A stretch of DNA of 32,000 bases from Pseudodesulfovibrio mercurii. GTDB taxonomy: Bacteria; Desulfobacterota; Desulfovibrionia; Desulfovibrionales; Desulfovibrionaceae. The stretch spans positions 30,001-62,000 of the forward strand of contig NC_016803.1 in NCBI RefSeq assembly GCF_000189295.2. The letters run 5' to 3'. How positions within the stretch are numbered: the first letter of the stretch is position 1; each line of letters starts with the position of its first letter. Below the pieces are notes generated by a model, which did no database searches, had not been told where the DNA came from, and saw only the letters and a list, made by a program, of their open reading frames with translations. Of the stretch, positions 25,012-32,000 are shown piece after piece. Position numbers and translations under genes: made by a program.

Positions 25012-26025
25012 ATGTCCATGAAGAGCAAGCAGCATCCGAGCATCGACACCGGCGGCGTGGTCCGCTGCGTCCTGGCCGCGTGCCTGGCCGCGATCCTTCT
25101 GGCCGCTCCCGCACCGACCGGCGCGGCCAAGGGCGAGCGCTGGAAGGGGCTGGTCCGGGACGTGGCCTGCGTCAAGGGACCGGACGTCCTCCTGGGCGAG
25201 ATCGCGGACCCGGTGGACGGCGCGGCCCGGCGGCAGTGGCCGACCCTCTCGACCATCCGGCTCTGGAAGGCCTCGGACAAGACCGGCCATGTGGTCACCG
25301 TGCCCCGCGACAAGCTCGGGAAGGTCCTCAAGTACTACATGGGCGACGCGGCGGCCAACCTGGCCCTGCCCAGCCAGCTGACCGTGCAGACCGGCGGGCG
25401 GGTCATCACCTCGGCCGAGCTCAAGGAGCGCGTCGTCGCCTTTTTGACGCCGAGGGCCAGGGACCTGGGGGGCGACGTGCACTTCAAGGACCTCCAGATG
25501 CCCAACCACATCTTTTTTCCCAACGACTACGACAGGCTGGTCATCAGCATGACCGACAACCTCGAACCGGGCCGCAACGAGATCCTCCTGAGCGGCATGA
25601 CCCCGGACGGCAAGGTCCTTTCGCGCCGCTCCGCCGTGGTCTTCGCGGACGTGTGGAAGGCCGTGCCCGTGGCCAGCCGGCCCATGAACCGCATGGAGCG
25701 GGTGACCCGCGACAAGGTCTCCTTCAAGCGCATGAACCTGGCCTACAACCGCGACGTCTGGGACGGCACGGGCGGGCCGTGGCGCATGGCCCGGACCCTG
25801 GGCCGGGGGCAGGTCTTCACCCTGTCCCACCTGGAGCCAGTGCCGCTCATCGAGCGGGGCGAGATGGTCAACCTGGTCTACAACGGGCGGGGCATCCACC
25901 TGTCCATCAAGGCCGAGGCCATGGGCGAGGCCGGAGCGGGCCAGCAGGTCGAGGTCCGCAACATCCAGAGCAACAAGATCATCCTGGCGACCGTCGTCGA
26001 CGGCGAGACCGTGGTCGTCAGGTAG
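25012..26025 (+). CDS. flgA: Flagellar P-ring assembly chaperone FlgA (long form, 337 aa)
   Basis: Signal-like N-terminus VVRCVLAACLAAILLAAPAP. The C-terminal ...RGEMVNLVYNGRGIHLSIKAEAMGEAGAGQQVEVRNIQSNKIILATVV is typical FlgA. It sits between flgG and flgH. Confidence 0.85.
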   Translation: MSMKSKQHPSIDTGGVVRCVLAACLAAILLAAPAPTGAAKGERWKGLVRDVACVKGPDVLLGEIADPVDGAARRQWPTLSTIRLWKASDKTGHVVTVPRDKLGKVLKYYMGDAAANLALPSQLTVQTGGRVITSAELKERVVAFLTPRARDLGGDVHFKDLQMPNHIFFPNDYDRLVISMTDNLEPGRNEILLSGMTPDGKVLSRRSAVVFADVWKAVPVASRPMNRMERVTRDKVSFKRMNLAYNRDVWDGTGGPWRMARTLGRGQVFTLSHLEPVPLIERGEMVNLVYNGRGIHLSIKAEAMGEAGAGQQVEVRNIQSNKIILATVVDGETVVVR

Positions 26026-26040
26026 ACAAGGAGCATCGTC

Positions 26041-26736
26041 ATGAGACGCTATTTTCTGATGGTCATGGCCGCCATCCTCCTGGCCTCGGGCTGCGCCCGG
26101 AAGTACGAGAACGAGCCCATGCCCGTACTGACCCCGCCCGCCTACGAGGAGCAGGACCCGGCGTCCAATCCGGGGTCCCTGTACGACACCAACCGGTCCG
26201 AGTTCCTGTATGACGACAACCGCGCCAGCCGCGTGGGTGACATCGTTCTGGTCCAGGTGGCGGAGACCGCGACCACCAAGATCAAGTCCGAGACCACGGC
26301 CGACAAGTCCAACGACGTGGACACCTCGGTCTCGGCCATGCCCACCACCGGGATCGTGGGCAACGTGCCCCTGGCCGAAACCCTGGGGGCCAAGGCGGGC
26401 GTCGGCATCCTGGCCAACCAGTCCTCCAAGTTCTCGGGCACCGGCGAGACCAAGCAGGAGTCCAACTTCGAGGCCACGGTGGCCACGCGCATCGTGCGCA
26501 GGCTGCCCGGCAACATCCTCCAGGTGGAGGGCGCGCGGCGCATCCGGGTGAACAACGAGACCCAGTTCCTGGTGGTCCGCGGCCTGATCCGCGAGCGGGA
26601 CATCTCGTCGAGCAACACCATCCCGTCCACCAGCCTGGCCGAGGCCCAGATCGAGATCTACGGCCAGGGCGTGCTCGCCGACAAGCAGAAGCCCGGCTGG
26701 CTGTCGCGCATCCTGGACAACGTCTTTCCCTTCTAG
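26041..26736 (+). CDS. flgH: Flagellar L-ring lipoprotein FlgH
   Basis: Lipobox LLASGC, then GSLYD......DNRASRVGDIVLVQV.E...A...GTGETKQESNF.ATVATRIV..LPNGNL-like motifs. AAGGAG SD upstream. Confidence 0.95.
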   Translation: MRRYFLMVMAAILLASGCARKYENEPMPVLTPPAYEEQDPASNPGSLYDTNRSEFLYDDNRASRVGDIVLVQVAETATTKIKSETTADKSNDVDTSVSAMPTTGIVGNVPLAETLGAKAGVGILANQSSKFSGTGETKQESNFEATVATRIVRRLPGNILQVEGARRIRVNNETQFLVVRGLIRERDISSSNTIPSTSLAEAQIEIYGQGVLADKQKPGWLSRILDNVFPF

Positions 26737-26784
26737 CCGAGCCGGCTGAACAATGCATTTGAAGAGGTTCGAGGAGTGAACGCC

Positions 26785-27942
26785 ATGACCCTGAATGAAC
26801 GCACCAACCCCGTGGACGCAGGCCAAGCGGCCAGGACCCTGGTCCTGACGGCGCTGTTCGTCCTGCTCGTCCTGTATCTGGCGGCCCTGATCGCGCCGGT
26901 GGAGGCGCGGGCGGCCCGGCTCAAGGACATCGCCTCCTTCAGCGGGGTGCGGACCAACGAGCTGGTGGGCTACGGCCTGGTGGTCGGCCTGGCCGGCACC
27001 GGCGACGGCACGTCGAGCACGTTCACCATGCGTTCCATGTCCAACATGCTGGAGAAGATGGGCGTGGAGACCAACCCGGACGACCTCAAGCCCAAGAACG
27101 TGGCCGCGGTCATGGTCTCGGCCAAGATGCCGGTCTCGGCCAAGCCCGGTTCCAGCCTGGACATCACGGTCTCGTCGCTGGGCGACGCCAAGTCCCTGCT
27201 CGGCGGGGTCCTGCTGGTCACGCCGCTCAAGGGCCTGGACGGCCGTGTCTACGCCGTGGGCCAGGGCTCCCTGACCATCGGCGGCTTCACCGTGGGCGGG
27301 GTGGCGGCCGACGCCCAGAAGAACATCCCCACCGTGGGGCGCATCCCCAACGGGGCGGTGGTGGAGCGCAGCGTGCCCTTCAAGTTCAACAACCAGGACC
27401 ACATGACCGTGAACCTGGACGTGCGCGACTTCGGCACGACCATGCAGGTGGTCAACAAGATCAACGCCAGCATGGGCGGCCAGTTCGCCAAGGCCAAGGA
27501 CATTTCAACCATCGACCTGGAGCTGCCGGATCGGTTCCGGGGCGACATGGTCCCGCTGATGGCCTCCCTGGAGGACCTGGACATCTCGCCCGACGGCAAG
27601 GCCAAGGTGGTCGTGGACGAGAAGACCGGCACCGTGGTGCTCGGCCAGGACGTGCGCCTGAGCCGCGTGGCCGTGGCCCACGGCAACCTCCAGATCGTGG
27701 TCTCCGAGACCCAGCAGGTCAGCCAGCCCGGCCCGTTCTCGGACGGCGAGACCGTGGTCACCCCGCAGACCGACATCCAGGTCCAGGAGCAGAACAACAA
27801 GCTGATGCTCATGGAGGGCGCCACCCTCCAGGAGCTGGTGGACGGCCTGAACTCCATCGGGGCCACCCCGCGCGACCTCATCTCCATCATCCGGACCCTC
27901 AAGGCGGCGGGCTCCCTGCACGCCGAAGTGGAGGTTATCTAG
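26785..27942 (+). CDS. flgI: Flagellar P-ring protein FlgI
   Basis: [30 protein letters not shown]...IPNGAVVER...[41 protein letters not shown] 26785 lies 8 nt after GAGGAG; the track start GTG 26776 is the alternative. Confidence 0.95.
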   Translation: MTLNERTNPVDAGQAARTLVLTALFVLLVLYLAALIAPVEARAARLKDIASFSGVRTNELVGYGLVVGLAGTGDGTSSTFTMRSMSNMLEKMGVETNPDDLKPKNVAAVMVSAKMPVSAKPGSSLDITVSSLGDAKSLLGGVLLVTPLKGLDGRVYAVGQGSLTIGGFTVGGVAADAQKNIPTVGRIPNGAVVERSVPFKFNNQDHMTVNLDVRDFGTTMQVVNKINASMGGQFAKAKDISTIDLELPDRFRGDMVPLMASLEDLDISPDGKAKVVVDEKTGTVVLGQDVRLSRVAVAHGNLQIVVSETQQVSQPGPFSDGETVVTPQTDIQVQEQNNKLMLMEGATLQELVDGLNSIGATPRDLISIIRTLKAAGSLHAEVEVI

Positions 27943-27943
27943 C

Positions 27944-28678
27944 ATGATCGACGGCAACATGGACCCCCGGCTGGCCGCGAACGTGGCCGAGGCCGACGAC
28001 CTGGAGCGCTTCAAGTCCCGCATGGAGGGGCTGAAGAAGGACTTCTCCGACAAGCGGCCGGACAAGCTGACCCGGCTGCGCGAGGCCTGCCAGAATTTCG
28101 AGGCCGTGTTCATCGGCAAGCTCTGGGACCAGATGCGCCAGACCGTGCCCAAGGAGGGCTACCTGCACTCCAAGCAGGAGGAGTCCTACATGGGCATGTT
28201 CAACCGGGACTTTTCCGAGAAGATGGCCCAGTCGGGCGGCATCGGCCTGGCGGACATGATCTACGACCAGCTCAGCCGCAAGCTCAAGGAGGCCAGCCAG
28301 GAGACCCTGTCCGGCGGGGTGTCGATCCAGGCCGTGGAGGGCGGGGGCATCCCGCTGAAGCGCGGGCAGGAGCCCATCGCCCTGAACCGCCGCCAGGGCA
28401 TGACCCTGGAGGACTGGGGCGGCAGCGAGGTGGTCGATTCCCGTGGCGCGGCCCAGGTCGAGGCAGTGGCCGTGGAGCGGGAAGAGCGGACCGACCCCGG
28501 CCTGCTCAGCGACGTGGAGGTCAAGGCCCGGCTTGAGGAACTGACCCGCAGGCTCGAAGCCCGGCGCATCCGCGACGGACTGGCCGGAACGACCGCGTCC
28601 GGGGCCAGGCGGACCGGCTACGCGACGGGCGCTGACGACGACGGCATGGTTGGCCGGAAACTTGCAGAAATCGGGTGA
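27944..28678 (+). CDS. flgJ: FlgJ-type rod-binding protein (N-terminal rod-binding domain only; no peptidoglycan hydrolase domain)
   Basis: LREACQNFEAVFIGKLWDQMRQTVP......GMFNRDFSEKMAQSGGIGLADMIYDQL is the Rod-binding motif. The C-terminal ~130 aa are charged low-complexity sequence without muramidase motifs. The start lies 1 nt after the flgI stop. Confidence 0.8.
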   Translation: MIDGNMDPRLAANVAEADDLERFKSRMEGLKKDFSDKRPDKLTRLREACQNFEAVFIGKLWDQMRQTVPKEGYLHSKQEESYMGMFNRDFSEKMAQSGGIGLADMIYDQLSRKLKEASQETLSGGVSIQAVEGGGIPLKRGQEPIALNRRQGMTLEDWGGSEVVDSRGAAQVEAVAVEREERTDPGLLSDVEVKARLEELTRRLEARRIRDGLAGTTASGARRTGYATGADDDGMVGRKLAEIG

Positions 28679-28755
28679 GCTCCCGGGAGCGAAAACGGAA
28701 GACGATTAAGATTTGTTAAGAGAATATAACAGATTAGCCATGATGAGGTAGCAGG

Positions 28756-29235
28756 ATGATCCGCCTGATAGAGGAAAATTTGGTCCGCCAGAACAAGGCC
28801 ATGCTGCTCATGTTTTTCCTGCTCGAGGAAGAATTTTCCCGCCTCACCCAGCTCAAGCCCCAGTCCGTGTCCCAGGTGGAGCTGTCCATCCAGGAACTCA
28901 TGCGCCAGGTGGCGGCCGAGCGCGTCTCCCTGCGCCGTCTGGTCGCCCGGGTGGAGCCGTCCGCCAAGCGGGTCCGCGAACTGATGCCCGTCATCAGCGA
29001 GGAGGAGGGCGCGGCCCTGACCGAGCTGCTGGCCCGTCTCGACGGTACCGAGCAGCGCTGCGGGGTCCAGGCAGCCAAGAACCAGCAGATGGCCATGGCC
29101 CTGTTCGACCAGTCCAAGGGGCTGCTCAACTTCATGCACAACCAGATCAAGCCCAAGTCCACCACGGCCTACGCCCGCACCGGCCGTTTCGCCAAGGGCA
29201 TCAACGACGCGCGCCTGCTCAGCGGGAGGCTGTAA
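28756..29235 (+). CDS. FlgN-like flagellar export chaperone (putative)
   Basis: The 159-aa helical protein (MIRLIEENLVRQNKAMLLMFFLLEEEFSRL..., ...EQRCGVQAAKNQQMAMALFDQSKGLLNFM) lies immediately upstream of flgK and is translationally coupled to it through a TAATG overlap. The family assignment rests on position and composition and is not strong. Confidence 0.5.
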   Translation: MIRLIEENLVRQNKAMLLMFFLLEEEFSRLTQLKPQSVSQVELSIQELMRQVAAERVSLRRLVARVEPSAKRVRELMPVISEEEGAALTELLARLDGTEQRCGVQAAKNQQMAMALFDQSKGLLNFMHNQIKPKSTTAYARTGRFAKGINDARLLSGRL

Positions 29236-31370
29236 TGTCCTTCGGCGCCAACTCCATCCTGGACATGGGCCGGTGGGCCCTGTTCGCCTCGCAGGCCCAG
29301 TTGCAGGTCACGGGCGAGAACATCGCCAACGTGAACACCGAGGGGTATTCGCGCCGCTCGGTGAATCTGGAGGAGGGCACCTACATCGACTATTCGCCCG
29401 GCCAGCTCGGCACGGGCGTCAAGGCCACGGAGGTGGTCCGCAGCTTCGACGAGATGGTCGAGGCCATGTATCTCCAGCAGTCCTCCCTGAGCAACATGTG
29501 GGGCAACCTGTTCGAACAGCTCCAGGGCGTGGAGGACCTGCTCAACGAGTCCAGCGACAGCGGGGTGAGCGACGCCCTGTCCCAGTATTTCAACTCCTGG
29601 AACGAGGTCTCCCAGCGGCCCGACAACTACGGGGCGCGCCAGACCGTGGTCAACGACGCGGCCACCCTGATCACCACCCTCAAGGCCGTGGAAACCAACC
29701 TCTCGCTCATGCAGGAGCGGATCAACAGCGAGGTGGCGTCCCAGGTGGCCGAGGCCAACTCCCTGATGGAGGACATCGCGGACCTGAACAAGGAGATCCA
29801 GATCCACGACGTGCCCGGCCAGAACAACGCCAACGCCCTGTACGACGAGCGGGCCCGCAAGGTCCGCGCCCTGGCCGAGCTGGTGGACGTCAAGACCATC
29901 GACAACGGCGGCGGTAACTTCACGGTCCTGACCCAGTCGGGCCAGACCCTGGTGGACGGGGCCAGCTCCTTTTCCCTGGATTTTCGGTCCGCGACCAAGA
30001 CCACGGATCTGCGCCCGGACTCCACCTTCGAGGGCAACATCTATTTCGACGGCAACGACGACTACGAGTACACCATCCAGTTCGTGGCCTCCAACGCGGG
30101 CGACCCCGTGGGGCAGGTGGGCTCGGGCGCCTCGGCGGCCAAGTTCAAGGTCTCCCTGGACGGCGGCGTGACCTGGCTGACGGACGAGGCGGGCAACACG
30201 CGGTATTTCTCGGCCCGGGAATACGACGACCGGGTCAACGTCGAGGGGCTGCAGATCTGGTTCGGCTCGGCCACGGACTCCCAGGGCTCGCCCACGGGCA
30301 CCTTCGTGGACGGCGACCGCTTCATCATCAGCCCGCACCAGGGGCTGTACTGGGTGCAGAACACCTCCCACGCCGAGGAGATCACCCCGCAGCTGCACTT
30401 CAACGGCGAGGAGAACACCGAGCGGCTCACGGGCGGCTCCATCGCCGCGCTGCTCTCCTTCCGCGACAACTACGTGGGCAAGTACCGGTCCAAGCTCGAC
30501 GAGCTGTCCGGGACCGTCATCTGGGAGACCAACCGGCGGCACAGCCAGGGCGCGGGGCTCCAGGCCTTCACCGTGGCCGACGGGACCTACGGGGTGGACT
30601 ACATCGACAAGGCGCTGGGCAGCGACTCCACGGGGCTGGCCTTCGGCGACAAGCTCCAGTCCGGCAGCTCGTTCATGTACATCTACAATGCCTCCACCGG
30701 ACTGCTGGCCTCCAGCGCGGCGCTCGACTTCGACGGCAGCGGCGGGACCTTCAACCCGGAGATCCACACCCTGGAGGACGTGCGCGACGCCTTCAACCGG
30801 ACCTACGCGGGGGCCATCAACGCGACCATCGTCAACAACAAGCTGCGCCTGGAGGCCGAGGACGGCTACACCTTCGCCTTCGGCACGGACACGGCCGGGC
30901 TCTACGCGGGGCTGGGGCTGAACACCTTCTTCAAGGGCGACGACGCGAATTCCATGGCCATCAACGAGAAGATCACGAGCGACCTGGACTACCTGGCCAC
31001 GGGCCACGTCAACGGGGCCGGAGAGATGAACACCGGCGACAACACCACGGCCCTGTCCATGTACGCCCTGCGCGAGGTCAGCGTGACCACGTCAACGGCC
31101 TTCGAGGGGACCACCTCGCAGACCATCCTCGACTACTACAACGGCATCGTGGGCAACGTGGGCACGGACACCAACCGGGCGCAGTTCAATCAGAATTTCT
31201 ACCAGACCCTGGCCAACGACCTGAACGACCGCCAGCAGGAGGTCTCGGGCGTGAACCTGGACGAGGAGATGAGCGATCTCATCCGGTACCAGGCCTCGTA
31301 CACGGCGGCGGCCAAGCTGATCACCACGGCGGACGAAATGCTCCAGACCATCCTGTCGCTCAAACCGTAG
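29235..31370 (+). CDS. flgK: Flagellar hook-associated protein 1, FlgK
   Basis: 711 aa with N-terminal SILDMGRWALFASQAQLQVTGENIANVNTEGYSRR and C-terminal VSGVNLDEEMSDLIRYQASYTAAAKLITTADEMLQTIL. Confidence 0.93.
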   Translation: MSFGANSILDMGRWALFASQAQLQVTGENIANVNTEGYSRRSVNLEEGTYIDYSPGQLGTGVKATEVVRSFDEMVEAMYLQQSSLSNMWGNLFEQLQGVEDLLNESSDSGVSDALSQYFNSWNEVSQRPDNYGARQTVVNDAATLITTLKAVETNLSLMQERINSEVASQVAEANSLMEDIADLNKEIQIHDVPGQNNANALYDERARKVRALAELVDVKTIDNGGGNFTVLTQSGQTLVDGASSFSLDFRSATKTTDLRPDSTFEGNIYFDGNDDYEYTIQFVASNAGDPVGQVGSGASAAKFKVSLDGGVTWLTDEAGNTRYFSAREYDDRVNVEGLQIWFGSATDSQGSPTGTFVDGDRFIISPHQGLYWVQNTSHAEEITPQLHFNGEENTERLTGGSIAALLSFRDNYVGKYRSKLDELSGTVIWETNRRHSQGAGLQAFTVADGTYGVDYIDKALGSDSTGLAFGDKLQSGSSFMYIYNASTGLLASSAALDFDGSGGTFNPEIHTLEDVRDAFNRTYAGAINATIVNNKLRLEAEDGYTFAFGTDTAGLYAGLGLNTFFKGDDANSMAINEKITSDLDYLATGHVNGAGEMNTGDNTTALSMYALREVSVTTSTAFEGTTSQTILDYYNGIVGNVGTDTNRAQFNQNFYQTLANDLNDRQQEVSGVNLDEEMSDLIRYQASYTAAAKLITTADEMLQTILSLKP

Positions 31371-31386
31371 GCGGGGAGAACCGGCA

Positions 31387-32000
31387 ATGCGCGTGACACA
31401 ACAGATGCTCTTCGACCGGTACGTGTTCAACCTGAACACGTCCCTGACCTCGCTCATGGACCTGAACATCAAGGCCCAGACCCAGAAGGCGATCAACAAG
31501 CCCAGCGACGACCCCACGGGCATGACCCGCATCCTGGACCACCGCGACACCCTGCGCTCGCTGGATCAGTATTCGGAGAACATCTCCACGGCCAAGGGGT
31601 GGCTGGGCAGCGCGGACGAGGCGCTGATGCAGGTCTCGACCATCCTGACCCGGGCCAAGGAGCTGGCCACCCAGGCGGCCACCGGCACCGTGGACGACAA
31701 CAACCGCGAGCAGATCAGCTACGAGATGCGCTCCCTGTTCGAGCAGCTCGTCTCCCTGTCCAACTCCGACTTCGAGGACAACTCCATCTTCGCCGGGCAC
31801 AAGACCGACGGCGCGGCCTTCAAGCAGATCATGTGGCTGACCACCAACGACGAGACCTTCGGCAACGCGGAGTTCACGGTCAACGGCTCGTCGGACACCA
31901 CGGTCCTGGTCCAGTATTACGACACCACCGGGGCCACCCCGGTGGGCGGGGACATGAACCTGTCCGACCCCAACCTGGGCGTGCGCTACTCCATCGACGG
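31387..32000 (+). CDS. flgL: Flagellar hook-associated protein 3, FlgL (5' part; continues beyond the window)
   Basis: Not in the ORF track because no stop lies in the window. ATG 31387 reads MRVTQQMLFDRYVFNLNTSLTSLMDLNIKAQTQKAINKPSDDPTGMTRILDHRDTLRSLDQY...LTRAKELATQAATGT..., a flagellin-N type domain following flgK. Confidence 0.85.
   Translation, partial: MRVTQQMLFDRYVFNLNTSLTSLMDLNIKAQTQKAINKPSDDPTGMTRILDHRDTLRSLDQYSENISTAKGWLGSADEALMQVSTILTRAKELATQAATGTVDDNNREQISYEMRSLFEQLVSLSNSDFEDNSIFAGHKTDGAAFKQIMWLTTNDETFGNAEFTVNGSSDTTVLVQYYDTTGATPVGGDMNLSDPNLGVRYSID

Noticed and set aside
24202-27402. 1066-aa minus-strand ORF opposite flgG, flgA, flgH and flgI
   Set aside because: Antisense shadow spanning four clearly homologous flagellar genes and their intergenic gaps.
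28716-28744. Sigma-28-like string TAAG-N16-GCCATGAT before the flgN-like gene
   Set aside because: Poor match to TAAA-N15-GCCGATAA, with spacing off by one. The -10 would overlap the SD and leave about 5 nt of leader.

Overview
Visibly GC-rich bacterial chromosome segment. Gene content, protein sequences and intergenic repeats resemble a Desulfovibrio/Pseudodesulfovibrio-type sulfate reducer; this taxonomic call is inference, not a search result. There are three blocks. (1) 1-12.4 kb is mixed: gcvH-gcvPA (minus strand) behind a long structured leader, a methyltransferase-nikR pair, folE2, an orphan 108-aa FlgC-like rod protein, a COG2509-type FAD oxidoreductase, a sensor-less sigma-54 activator, a 1112-aa secreted TPR protein, a MEMO-family protein and a small glutaredoxin-fold gene. 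(2) 12.5-23.3 kb, minus strand, holds the conserved string tRNA-Gly, rimP, nusA, ylxR, infB, DUF503, rbfA, nrnA, truB, rpsO, pnp. (3) 23.4-32 kb, plus strand, holds flgF-flgG-flgA-flgH-flgI-flgJ(rod-binding only)-flgN-like-flgK-flgL behind a near-consensus sigma-54 promoter. I saw no CRISPR array, transposase, integrase, rRNA or recognisable defence system. The most noteworthy observations are these. (a) The glutaredoxin-fold gene stops at a UGA that is followed by two codons, a second UGA and an fdhF-like SECIS hairpin at the canonical 11-nt spacing, so it is probably a C-terminal Sec-x-x-stop selenoprotein. (b) Four copies of a ~120-nt composite palindromic intergenic repeat bracket folE2, the rod-like gene and the oxidoreductase. 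(c) A minimal rod-family paralog sits far from the flagellar cluster. (d) A domain-less sigma-54 activator carries GAFTHA instead of GAFTGA. (e) There are unusual low-complexity modules: an RGD/RG tail on PNPase, and a perfectly duplicated 17-aa unit in the TPR protein encoded by synonymously diverged DNA. Many very long ORFs in the six-frame track are antisense shadows of real genes and were rejected.
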